Notes under the pieces: generated by a model
What the model was told of the DNA's origin: nothing
Databases searched by the model: none
Seen by the model: only the letters and a program-made list of their open reading frames with translations
Part shown: positions 48,011 through 57,810 of the stretch, piece after piece
Numbering within the stretch: the stretch's first letter is position 1
Layout: every line of letters begins with the position of its first letter
NCBI GenBank assembly: GCA_023205875.1
Contig: CP060761.1
Location: forward strand, 62,001-126,000
DNA length: 64,000 nucleotides
Source of the DNA: Chloropicon primus
Taxonomy: Eukaryota
Direction: 5' to 3'
Position numbers and translations under genes: made by a program

Positions 48011-49660
48011 ATGAAAAAGAACGTCGAGTGGTTGTGCGTTTGGCTGGCCGTGGTGGTGGTGGTGGCCGCCGCCACGCCTGTGTACGGCCAGAGGTGGGGG
48101 AGGCCCCACAGCTACGGAAGGTCCAAGGCGAGCACCGTTGGGAGCAGCGGTATTGGCATCGCGAGCGAAACAAGCAAGGCGGAAGTCGACGGCAGCGGCA
48201 CCTTCATGGCCTCCGCTGAGGCCGACGCCGGAGACACCAAAGCAAAGGTCATGGCGATGACCACCGATGGCGCTGCTCAAGGCAGCAGCACCGCCTCCAT
48301 GAGTGGTGCGGGTGAGATGGTCATGACCGAGGTTTCTGGTGACGGAATGTTGACGGGCGAAGCAAAAGGTTCGTCGTCCACCGCAAGTGCTACGGCTGAC
48401 GGCGGGGACGACAATGACCTCCGCGCTTCGGCTGTCGGCTCGGGGAACACCGTCTCTACTGTTGTTGAGGATGCTGACATGAATCACGTTGAAGCCGTGG
48501 CTCATGGTGACGGCAATACAGTGACTGCAACTGCTGAGTTTGGTGCTGAAATGAATCGTGTTGGTGCCGCGGCTCGCGGTGATCGCAATGAAGTGGAGGC
48601 TTTTGCTGGGTTTACTGCTGACATGAATCGTGTTGGTGCCGTGGCTCATGGTGACGGCAATACAGTGATTGCTTTTGCTGTTGACGATGCGGAGGACAAT
48701 CGTGTTGGTGCCGTGGCTCGTGGTGATCGCAATGAAGTGGAGGCTTCTGCTGAGGCTGGTGTTGGCATGAATCGTGTTGGTGCCGTGGCTCGCGGTGATG
48801 ACAATATGGTGATGGCTGTTGCTGAGGGTGCTGACATGAATCGTGTTGATGCCGTCGCTCGTGGTGATGACAATATGGTGATGGCTGTTGCTGAATTTGC
48901 TGACATGAATCGTGTTGATGCCGTCGCTCGTGGTGATGACAATATGGTGATGGCTGTTGCTGAATTTGCTGACATGAATCGTGTTGATGCCGTCGCTCGT
49001 GGTGATGACAATATGGTGATGGCTGTTGCTGAATTTGCTGACATGAATCGTGTTGGTGCCGCGGCTCGTGGTGACAACAATACAGTGGAGGCTTTTGCTG
49101 AGTTTGCTTACATGAATCGTGTTGATGCCGTGGCTCGTGGTGATGACAACACAGTGATTGCTGAGGCTTCTGAGGATGCGGACGACAATCGTGTTGATGC
49201 CGTGGCTCGCGGAAACCGCAACGACGTGACCGTCAAGGCCAAGAAATCTGATCGCAACAGGCTCAGCGCCATGGCTCGCGGAAACCGCAACGACGTGACC
49301 GTCAAGGCCAAGAAATCTGATCGCAACAGGCTCCGCGCCTTGGCTCGCGGAAACCGCAACAACGTGACCGTCGAGACCGAGGAATCTGATCGCAACAGGC
49401 TCAGCGCCATGGCTCGCGGAAACCGCAACGACGTGACCGTCGAGACCGAGGAATCTGATCGCAACAGGCTCCGCGCCATGGCTCGCGGAAACCGCAACGA
49501 CGTGACCGTCAAGGCCAAGAAATCTGATCGCAACAGGCTCCGCGCCTTGGCTCGCGGAAACCGCAACGACGTGACCGTCAAGGCCAAGAAAGCGGAAGGC
49601 GTGGTCAGGCCGGTCCTTGTTCGTGGTAATGGCAGGTCGAAGACAGTTAACGTGCCTTAA
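48011..49660 (+). CDS. Secreted RGD-repeat protein (short paralog, 549 aa)
   Basis: ATG at 48011. Signal peptide, N-terminus and C-terminus are identical to 42048-46892. About 10 acidic repeats and 6 cap-type repeats. Confidence 0.85.
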   Translation: MKKNVEWLCVWLAVVVVVAAATPVYGQRWGRPHSYGRSKASTVGSSGIGIASETSKAEVDGSGTFMASAEADAGDTKAKVMAMTTDGAAQGSSTASMSGAGEMVMTEVSGDGMLTGEAKGSSSTASATADGGDDNDLRASAVGSGNTVSTVVEDADMNHVEAVAHGDGNTVTATAEFGAEMNRVGAAARGDRNEVEAFAGFTADMNRVGAVAHGDGNTVIAFAVDDAEDNRVGAVARGDRNEVEASAEAGVGMNRVGAVARGDDNMVMAVAEGADMNRVDAVARGDDNMVMAVAEFADMNRVDAVARGDDNMVMAVAEFADMNRVDAVARGDDNMVMAVAEFADMNRVGAAARGDNNTVEAFAEFAYMNRVDAVARGDDNTVIAEASEDADDNRVDAVARGNRNDVTVKAKKSDRNRLSAMARGNRNDVTVKAKKSDRNRLRALARGNRNNVTVETEESDRNRLSAMARGNRNDVTVETEESDRNRLRAMARGNRNDVTVKAKKSDRNRLRALARGNRNDVTVKAKKAEGVVRPVLVRGNGRSKTVNVP

Positions 49661-50021
49661 TTCAAAGAAACCGTGGATCAAGTGTTCGGGGTTTTAGCAA
49701 CGACCACTGGTCCTGCTTCGAGCCTCCCAAGGTTCCTCCTTTGTTCCTTTTCAAGATCTAAAAGTACACAAACACAAACGTTGTCCTTTTTATGCATGTT
49801 TTTTCCCTCTTTCAGCCAGCTCTCCTCCATCAGAAGGCAGAAGACGAGGAGGAAAACGAACCCAAACTCAACCTGGAGGAGGAGAGGAGGGGGTTGGGAA
49901 GAGGGGCAGCACGCGCTGAAGCCAGCTCGAGGAAGGTGTCGTCCCTTTTTCGTGAACTCAACCTTCCCATACTTCTCCATGGCCAGGGAGAGAAGTATGC
50001 TTCCCTAGTGCTGATATAATC

Positions 50022-53000
50022 ATGATGAACACAACGACGGGGGAAGAGAAGGAAGACCTCGAGCAGGCCGTGGAAGAAGGTGTAATGGAGGATCACGACG
50101 GGTCCTCCCTCGCTTTAAGCGATGTGGATAGCGAGCCAGAGCTCTTGCACGCGCTCGAGCCCATGGATGTTGTCCCGGGTAACGGAGGCCTCGTGGCCAA
50201 GTTTGCAGCGAGGCACACGAAGACAGAGAGCCAGGCTTCGCTGAACGCTTGGCTCGGTGCCGAGGACGAGGCCGAGGAGGGAGAGAGCGTGCAGGCTCAG
50301 GATGTCGGGAAGGAGGGGGAGGGCAGAGAGAGTTCGAGCTCTCTGGCTGCCTCTCCGAGCGGGGAGTATGACGGATGGGTGCTCAAGCTGTGTGGCCTCA
50401 TCGACAGCCTCAAGACGACTCTTGGGAGGGAGGAGTGCGTTGGGCTGCAGAGGCACCAAGGGGAGTACCTCCTGCAGCAGGGTCAGGATCTGCTTGCGGA
50501 GAGGAGGGCCCAGGCTGCCATGCAACACGTCACTTCCTCGACTGCGCCCTCTACTCCGTCACCAACCCGGTCGAGGTCGAGGTCGAGGTCGAGGAGGGAG
50601 CCCTTGGAGGTTGAGAGTGTGGAGGCCTTCATGAAGAGGGCGAAGGAGGCTGTGAACAACCTGCTGGCGTCTGGCGTGGATCAAAACGCGGATGAAAGGG
50701 GTTTCGGTGGAATCAAAGTCGTGTATGATTCAGAGAACGTGACGAAAGTAACGAGTCTGGTGGAGTCCTTCTTGTCCAGAGGCCTGAGGTCCCAGCCTTT
50801 GCATCCACTGGAGCAGGGAATGGAGGTCGTGGATTCGTCCAAGAATGGGGACAGGTCAGAAACCCGGGTGTCTCCGAGGAAAAAGGGGGGGACATGGATC
50901 AAAGGCTTGAGGTGGATGGTTAGCAAACCTCAGCCCTTCAATGTTCTGTATGCAGCGGAGGGCCACGGGATCGACTTGGGCCTGAAAGTGATCACTCCAA
51001 GGCAAAACAGGAACGCCAAGGGGCTGAACAAGCTCCATGCGTGGATGAGGAATTCTTTGGTGGAGGGCTCTCTTGCCTCCAGATTAGACGATCTCTTGCA
51101 GCAGCATTCCTTCCTTAAGATATGGTACGATGACGGCTCTTTCATGCGTTCGGAGGACACTTCCTCTTTCTTTGTGGGACTCCTCAAGCCCCTAAGTGAA
51201 TTGCAGTTCAACATCTTGCTGTGGCCAGCGCAGGATTTCCGGTCAGAGCCTCCAAAGACTCAAGCATATTTCTCCGCCGGCAGGCTTGCGAGAGAGAAGA
51301 AGAATGAGATGGATGCATTTGCCAAGGCGGTGGAGCAGTTTCAAGCCCAGGAGAGGCTCGTTACTGTCATCGGTGAGCACTCGCCTCAGCTGCACGACAT
51401 TGATGAGATTTTAAATTCTCCCAGACAGAAGGGAAAGGGCAAGAAACAATCGAAGAAGGGAAAAAAAAGGTTGGTGGACGCTGCGGAGATTGGCAGAGAA
51501 AAGCTAGAAAGGTCCACGCCTTCACAATCAGACCAAACATTCTCTTTCGACCACTCCTTCTCGTTTACTGAGCTGGTGCCTCCTCCTATCAAGGTTGGAT
51601 TTGAGGTGCCTCCAGTTGACACGAGTAATGGCGCAGCAGACCCTGCAAGCCCATTGCAACAGGAGGCAGTGAACAGTGTGAGCTCACTCAGCAGGGATAT
51701 TGCGGGCAGGATGCATTTTGAGGAAGAGTTGGATTCAGTTAGGGACAAACATGCGCAGGAAGATTCAGAAAAGTCCATCCCGCCAGCAATGGAAAGGAGC
51801 GAGGCCTTCCTGAAGAAGACTGAAGCTGACACAAATAAGATTCTGGAGAGCTTGGAAAGCCACGTGGCCACTTCCCTGGAGAATAACGCAAACGCTTTCT
51901 TGCTGAACAATTACGAGGTGACTGATCCTGATCGGGGTGATGAGGAGCAAAAGGTGATTGAGGAGATAAGCCTGATGGTCGGCTTGGAAGAGAGGATAAG
52001 TGCTTTGAGGGAGGACCCAGATCCGGAGAAGGAAACCGCAGAGTTTCTACGGCGGCACAAGAGTGAATCAGCAGAACATGCCGTGCCAGCTTCCGACAAG
52101 TTTGCGCACAGCGACTTTGGTACCAACAGTCTTCTCGACCATTGTGCTGAGGTTGAGGGTGACATCTCTTTGGATTTGCCTGACGTTCCAACCACGTCTC
52201 TGATTCCTCCGAAGGCAACAACAGAAGGAGCGAAGGGGACAGGTGGCGATGACCATCATTTGCCGTTGGATTTGCCTAACGTTCCAACCACGTCTCTGAT
52301 TCCTCCGAAGGCAACAACAGAAGGAGCAAAGGGGACAGGTGGCGATGACCATCATTTGCCTTTGGATTTGCCTGACGTTCCAACCACGTCTCTGATTCCT
52401 CCGAAGGCAACAACAGAAGCCGCCGATCACGTGGAGGGGGGCGAGGATGACCGCACCTTAGAGCGAGATGACCTGCCTCACCGCTTTTTGCAGCGCATTG
52501 AAGGTCTTGAAAACCCAACACCACCGCCAATCCTCCCGGGTAAATGCGATGGGGAACAGGCAAGGAGTGGTTTGGAGAAAACGATTTCTGATTTGAACAC
52601 GATAAACGACTTGAAGAGCATTCTCACCGATTCGGAGGAACCCTCCCCCAGCCATCGGAAGAATGAATCCTCTGTCGGCATTCTCAATGTTGGAATCATG
52701 GGCATAGAGACTCATGGTGACAAGTGGAGCTCCTACACGGTGTACCAGGTGTATGTCCAGAGCGGGAGCGGCCCCTCCTGGCTCCTGAGAAAGAGGTACA
52801 GCGACTTTGTTCAACTTCACAAAGAGCTCAAGGTCCTCTTTGGTAGTCTTCCAAAGCCCTGGGAGGAGATCAAGCTGGACAAATTTCTTAATTTTGGCCA
52901 CTTGCGATTCAACGCCTCGGTCATCGAGGAGAGGAGGGAGTTGCTCCAGGAGTGCTTGCGGGTGGCTGCAAGCTCGGCGCCACCACTATGCACCTCGGAA

Positions 53001-53753
53001 CCCCTTCTCCGGTTCCTCTCTCCCGAGGAGGGGGAACACGGGATATTAGAGCAGATAGGCTTTAACGGGTCCAACCAGGAGGACCTGAAGATGACCTACG
53101 ATGAGCCCCGCGGCACTGGGCAGTCCGTGCGGCTTGTTGTGGAGGAGCCCTTTGGGAAGGCAGTCCTGGAACAGCTCCAGGTGCAACATGGCCGTTGCTG
53201 CGGGTGTTCGGTGAGGATAAGGGGGAGCACCTGGACGATACCCTCTTCCTTCATCCCCCTCCCCTTTGCCAGCAACAAAGGCTTTGCCCTGTGTGAGTAC
53301 ACCAAGCAGCTCTACTGCACGTCCTGCCACACCAACCAGAAGATGATCCTCCCGTGGGCTGTTTTGCAGGATTGGGATTTCAGGCCAAGGAAGGTCTCCG
53401 GCGTTGCTTATGAGTATCTTTCTTCCATCTTTGAGCAACCCATCCTGTGCGTTTCTGCCATCAGGCCACAGCTCTTTCAGAGGATTTCGCTGTTGGACAC
53501 TGTTCGATTGAGGAGGATCAACCTCCACAAGCGATTTCTGCAGCTCCAGGGGACGGACTTTGAGAAGCCTCTGCTAAATGCGCTTGGGTCAAGGAGCTAC
53601 TTGCTGGAGAACGTGGAGTTCTGGTCCCTCAGAGATCTCATGGATCTCTCCAAGGGCGCCTTCGCGGAGCTCCCAGGGCTTTTGGACAACTTTGAGGCAA
53701 AACTGCAGCAAGCGACGTGGGACTCGCTGAAGAGCAACTTGGCAATGAGCTAA
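50022..53753 (+). CDS. RUN + PX + Rubicon-homology (zf-RING_9/DUF4206) protein, PLEKHM/Rubicon-like
   Basis: RUN: LVESFLSRGLR..AWMRNSL..WYDDGSFM..LKPLSELQFN. PX: YTVYQVYV..WLLRKRYSDFVQLHKEL..IEERRELLQECL..FL. Rubicon homology: Q..RCCGC..CEYTKQLYCTSCH..ILPWAVLQDWDFRPRKVS..WSLRDL. TGTAA at 53771-53775. Confidence 0.85.
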   Translation: MMNTTTGEEKEDLEQAVEEGVMEDHDGSSLALSDVDSEPELLHALEPMDVVPGNGGLVAKFAARHTKTESQASLNAWLGAEDEAEEGESVQAQDVGKEGEGRESSSSLAASPSGEYDGWVLKLCGLIDSLKTTLGREECVGLQRHQGEYLLQQGQDLLAERRAQAAMQHVTSSTAPSTPSPTRSRSRSRSRREPLEVESVEAFMKRAKEAVNNLLASGVDQNADERGFGGIKVVYDSENVTKVTSLVESFLSRGLRSQPLHPLEQGMEVVDSSKNGDRSETRVSPRKKGGTWIKGLRWMVSKPQPFNVLYAAEGHGIDLGLKVITPRQNRNAKGLNKLHAWMRNSLVEGSLASRLDDLLQQHSFLKIWYDDGSFMRSEDTSSFFVGLLKPLSELQFNILLWPAQDFRSEPPKTQAYFSAGRLAREKKNEMDAFAKAVEQFQAQERLVTVIGEHSPQLHDIDEILNSPRQKGKGKKQSKKGKKRLVDAAEIGREKLERSTPSQSDQTFSFDHSFSFTELVPPPIKVGFEVPPVDTSNGAADPASPLQQEAVNSVSSLSRDIAGRMHFEEELDSVRDKHAQEDSEKSIPPAMERSEAFLKKTEADTNKILESLESHVATSLENNANAFLLNNYEVTDPDRGDEEQKVIEEISLMVGLEERISALREDPDPEKETAEFLRRHKSESAEHAVPASDKFAHSDFGTNSLLDHCAEVEGDISLDLPDVPTTSLIPPKATTEGAKGTGGDDHHLPLDLPNVPTTSLIPPKATTEGAKGTGGDDHHLPLDLPDVPTTSLIPPKATTEAADHVEGGEDDRTLERDDLPHRFLQRIEGLENPTPPPILPGKCDGEQARSGLEKTISDLNTINDLKSILTDSEEPSPSHRKNESSVGILNVGIMGIETHGDKWSSYTVYQVYVQSGSGPSWLLRKRYSDFVQLHKELKVLFGSLPKPWEEIKLDKFLNFGHLRFNASVIEERRELLQECLRVAASSAPPLCTSEPLLRFLSPEEGEHGILEQIGFNGSNQEDLKMTYDEPRGTGQSVRLVVEEPFGKAVLEQLQVQHGRCCGCSVRIRGSTWTIPSSFIPLPFASNKGFALCEYTKQLYCTSCHTNQKMILPWAVLQDWDFRPRKVSGVAYEYLSSIFEQPILCVSAIRPQLFQRISLLDTVRLRRINLHKRFLQLQGTDFEKPLLNALGSRSYLLENVEFWSLRDLMDLSKGAFAELPGLLDNFEAKLQQATWDSLKSNLAMS
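52170..52418 (+). repeat. 96-bp coding tandem repeat (~2.6 copies) in the RUN-PX-RH gene
   Basis: Units start at 52170, 52266 and 52362 and encode LDLP(D/N)VPTTSLIPPKATTEGAKGTGGDDHHLP. Confidence 0.9.
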
Positions 53754-53835
53754 GTAACTCTCACAAAATTTGTAATTTTGTATCAACAAAACGACTCGGA
53801 AAAGGCGACCAAGTACCGCGAGGACAATTTACTTG

Positions 53836-55409
53836 CTACGAGAAACAAGAGCCGCACACGTACTCTGTCAATCTTTCCATCTGGATCGAAGGCGCTTCGG
53901 TTCTCATCAGCTCAAGCACGTAGTGAGACTCGACGCCGCTCTTGAGCTTAAAATCTTCCTGCGCCCTTTGAATCCTGTCCTGGTCTGACTCCATCTGCGT
54001 TTTTAGCTGAGCTTCCAAGACGGCGCAGACCCTCTGGCACCAAGCCTCGAAGTCACGGAAACCTTCGGTCTCAAAGAGGAACATATCCCTGCTTTCGTTT
54101 CGTTCATACCGGCCTATCAGCTTCCGCATGCGAGGGGACTCATAAAGGCAACTTTTGAGCTTTTGAGCTGAATCAATCTCTTCGTCTAAACACGGTGCGG
54201 CATAACGAACCATGAGCGCGCACTGATTCGAGAACTCTGCGTCAGCGCACGTTTCTGCAAACTGATCTATAACGGGAGGAGAGAGTGAGTTCGAGCTGAC
54301 GGCAAAGGACGCCTCATCGTTTCTCACGCCGTGGAGTGTTGCCGAAGGCAGGTAGACCCAGTCGCCCGCGTTCACGGTGCCCTCGTAAACCTTGACGTTC
54401 TCCAACTCGGGGAACGCCTCGAGATCGGGATCGAAGATCTCGAGCTGCTTCGTCACGTACGTTCCCGTGGAGTCGTCGTAGAGCCTCTTCTCGGCCCTCG
54501 CAAACTCCTTGTAGTAATTCAAGTGCGTCCTGGAATCCTCGTAACGTATGGTTCGGAAGGTTTTTCTCCCGATGTACACGCTCATCCAAAAGGGCACGAG
54601 CCAAGCTTGATCAAGCGCAAGGATTCGATTGGCAAGGAAGAAGCCAAAGGCAAAAAGACGCAAAAGTCAGAAGGGCACTCGGTGGAGTTCTTTCGTGTCC
54701 CCTTACCATCCATGTGCAGCTCAGTAATTGTGCCCGGTGGTCCAATGAAAATCTCCGGCTGGCCCAACAGGACGTCGTGGGTGCCACTGGACAGAAACCT
54801 CGACTTGGCTTCCGTCGCGTCATTCTGCGCCAACTCGCGCTCAACCTCGCGGGGCGTCAGCGCGAGGGCCACGAATCTAGGGACAGGCGTGTACTGTCCA
54901 AGAGCAGGGCAAGTCTTCGGTACTCCCGAAGCGCCTCCCGCGTACCTCAGTTCCTTCGCAACGCCTCCCTCGTTCAGAATGATGTAGTCGTCAAGGTACT
55001 CGCCGAGAGGCAGGAGCTTGTGCCTGCTCTGCCCGCCCCAAGAGTTGCTGGAGGGGTCGTAGAGATTCGTCTGAACACTGCCTCCTTTGCACAAGCCTCT
55101 CAGCCCCTGCCAGCCAAGCTTGAACGCCCCGTGGTGCCGCACCTCGTTCTCCACGATCACGACTTGATCCCCGTACTTGTCGAAGAACTCCTTGGTGCTG
55201 CCTATGGAGTCGGCAGGGACCCTGAGGATGGGCACCGTCTTCAGTCCCGCTCGAGGCGGTCGCGATTCTTCTTCAAGAGGTGCACGGGTTGTGATGGCTG
55301 AGAGCAACCCGGAGGACACGTACCACGCGAGAACCACCGCGAGACTCACCACAGCAGGCCAGACCCTCCTCCTCCTCCTCCCCTTCCCCCCTCTCCGCCG
55401 CCGCATCAT
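53836..55409 (-). CDS. JmjC/cupin-like 2-oxoglutarate dioxygenase with an N-terminal signal anchor; exons 55409-54707 and 54605-53836
   Basis: Motifs PEIFIGPPGTITELHMD|AWLVPFWMSVYIGRKTF and GTVNAGDWVYLPSATLHGVRN give the HxD..H triad. A 101-nt GTAAG..AG intron joins the two ORFs in frame. The N-terminus is a basic stretch plus the hydrophobic segment VWPAVVSLAVVLAWYV. Confidence 0.8.
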
Positions 55410-55601
55410 CCTAAACACCCTTTAAACTCGGCCGTTAACATATTTATAAAAAGTATATTCCCCTTTCGAAGGAGAGGAGCCAAGCCATCGCCATCGCCAT
55501 CGCCATCGCCCCTGGTGGCCGGGGATGAAGGACGAGGAGGGCGGGAGGGGGTCGCCGGTGTCCGCTTTCGTCACGGTACACGCACTGCTTGCTCCAGCGT
55601 T

Positions 55602-56957
55602 ATGGCCAGCGAGGCGAACCTCGTGGTCAGCGGCGTGCCCAAGGTAAGCCTTCGAAACCAATTCGAGAGCCATCACTCCTCCCTGTGACTTGTCGTACGA
55701 GGGAGAGGCAGAGGGAGAGATCCCATCGCACGCATCGCGGAGCTCTGACGTTCCCAGCCTCCTCTCTCTTTCTCTTTCTCTTTCTCTCTCTCTCTCTCTC
55801 TCTGTGTTTGTGTGTGTGTGTGTTGTTTTGATGATGAGAAGGGCGTGACAGTGGTGCTGGACTACCAGTGGTTCGACGTGAGCCAGGTGAGCTGCTGGAC
55901 GGGTGTGAGGGGGCTGAGCGCGGGGGTTCACTTCTGTGCGACGACCATGGCGAGCGGAAGGGTCGGGCAGGCGGCGGCGGGGTGCTTCCCAACGGGGTTC
56001 TTCTTCGTCGTCGAGAGGGAAGGCCAAAACCTGTGCAGGGAGTGGAGCGAGGAGTTGGAGTGCCTGGTGGAGGTGGAGGACGAGGGCAAGCGCAGGGTGC
56101 TGGAGGAGCGGAGTCGCTCTGACGCGGAATTCCTCATGGGGATGCTCCGTTACGACCCTCAGTGGGAAGAGCCTTGGCGCAAGGTCGCTGGCTACGTCAC
56201 CCCGGCGACGATAGCGAGGGTGAGCCCCGTGAGCAAGTGCATTGGGGTGGGGGGGGAGCCCGACGATTTGGGGGACTCCGTGCACGAGGCCAGGCTCCAG
56301 GAGCAGCTGGGTTCCGCCTCCCGGGAGGGGGGAGGGGGCTGCCGCGCGAGCTCCAAGTGCTTTTACTTGGACATTCCCAAGGGCAAGGCGGCGCTGGCGA
56401 GGCAGGGGAGGGCGAGGGGGATCGTGGGCGGCCGGGACCTCACCCGCCTCCACCTGGACAAGTCCCCGATCCTCGAGGACCTGGTGGGGAGCAAGCTCGG
56501 CGGAGACTTCGACGAGCTCCTGGGGGAGCTGCAGTTCGCCTTCGTGTGCTTCCTCATGTGCCAGAGCCTCGCGGGCTTCCTGCACTGGAGGGACATCCTG
56601 ACCCTCGTCTTCCAGTCGGAGCGGGCGGCCCTCGAGACCCAGGTGGACTTCTCCCTGGGCGTCCTCAGAGTCCTGAGGAGCCAGCTGGACCTCGCCCTGA
56701 GAGCCCAGGGGGGCGACGCCTCGGCCCTGGTGGACGACATCTTCCGGGGCGAGGACCACTTCCTCAAAAGAAGTCTCAAGGAGTTCTTTCTGGCGGTGCA
56801 GGAGGCCGACGCGGTCCCCCTCGCCCTGGAGGAGGCCGCGGAGTCCCTCAAGGGCCTCCTGCAGCGGAGGCTCGGCCTGTTCCTTCCTGCGGATGGCGAG
56901 GGGGGCGGCAGCGACGACGACGACGACGAGTACGCCCCCGTCGTCGTCCAGCTCTAA
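55602..56957 (+). CDS. AAR2: AAR2 (U5 snRNP assembly factor); exons 55602-55643 and ~55842-56957
   Basis: The spliced N-terminus ANLVVSGVPK|GVTVVLDYQWFDV..GVRGLSAGVHF matches AAR2. C-terminal motifs are LDKS..LLGELQFAFVCFLMCQSL..W..IL and DDDDEYAPVVV. GTAAG donor. Confidence 0.9.
55763..55823. repeat. (CT)n(GT)n microsatellite in the AAR2 intron
   Basis: tctctctttctctttctctttctctctctctctctctctgtgtttgtgtgtgtgtgtg. Confidence 0.8.
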
Positions 56958-57212
56958 GAGAGTACGGGGAGGAGCGGGGACTGCTGCGTGAGAAAGAAAC
57001 TGTTCATGTAATCTTACAAGCACCGCATTCGTCTTACCCCCCAAACCCAGGAACAATACCTCTCAATTCCGGTTTTCGCTTTCGCGCCAATTTTTTTTAC
57101 AATTTTGTAACTGCCGCTGTGGCGCGAAAAATGACTTGTTCCTGTGTGGAGGGCGAGGGCGGCGAGGACGAGGACGAGGGCGGCGAAGAGTCAAGAGTCC
57201 TTCTTCGAGGCC

Positions 57213-57650
57213 ATGCGCAAGGGTCTTTCTTCGAGGCACTTGGTCCTGAAGAGGAGGAGCTCGGCGGGGTCCTCCTCCTCCCTGATGATGTCGAGGGCGA
57301 GGGAGTTCGTGGAGCAGGGGGTGGTCCGACGCATCGAGGCCCTGGACTACAAGAACGACTTTGTTCTGAGAAAGAGGGTGAGCAGGATGTACCAGGCGGT
57401 GTACGAGGAGCCCCTGGAGGGGCGAGGACGGTGCGCGCTGCTTCGGAGGAGGTTGGGCCCTATTCTGACGTACCAGGTGCTGAGGGGCTTCCGCGAGGAG
57501 GTGGTCGCGGCCAAGGCCCTGGAGGTCGGGGAGTGCCCCCTCATGATGGGAGAGTGCGTCATCAGGCACCTCGAGATGCTTCTCCACCACTACGCCCTCC
57601 GGCTCAGGAAAAGAGGTCGAGACCCCGCCCCTCGGCGCCCGGGGGCCTAG
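57213..57650 (+). CDS. Hypothetical small protein
   Basis: This frame has GC3-rich codon usage like neighbouring genes (MRKGLSSRH..AREFVEQGVVRRIEALDYKNDF..) and is flanked by AT-rich spacers. No family recognised; the start is uncertain. Confidence 0.5.
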   Translation: MRKGLSSRHLVLKRRSSAGSSSSLMMSRAREFVEQGVVRRIEALDYKNDFVLRKRVSRMYQAVYEEPLEGRGRCALLRRRLGPILTYQVLRGFREEVVAAKALEVGECPLMMGECVIRHLEMLLHHYALRLRKRGRDPAPRRPGA

Positions 57651-57810
57651 GAAGGGGGAGGGGAGGGGGAGGAAGATTGTAGTGAGCGGCGGGTGCATGG
57701 TGTGTGTAGCGCTCTTGCTCGTTTTTTCGTAAAAGAAAGTAACGTAAGATTTACCAACATTAAAACTTTTGATGATAGGGCTTGCTTGTCTCGACGACCG
57801 CGCGAGGCTC

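Larger units (their letters stand above)
47205..49774 (+). repeat. Segmental tandem duplication, copy 2
   Basis: Same boundary sequences as 41237-47006, with a shorter internal repeat array. Confidence 0.9.

Noticed and set aside
42539..49681. His/Gln/Cys-rich and SPRAT-repeat ORFs on the - strand
   Set aside because: These are alternative frames of the RGD array; only the + frame has a signal peptide and unique termini.
41237..49774. LTR retrotransposon interpretation of the long direct repeats
   Set aside because: No gag/pol, primer-binding site or TG..CA ends. The repeats include the whole gene, so this is a tandem duplication.
54582..54710. Apparent frameshift or pseudogene in the JmjC gene (and split RER1 ORFs)
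   Set aside because: Canonical GT-AG introns restore the reading frame.
56162..57682. 506-aa + strand ORF overlapping AAR2
   Set aside because: A Gly/Arg/Pro-rich frameshifted shadow that runs through an AT-rich intergenic stretch.
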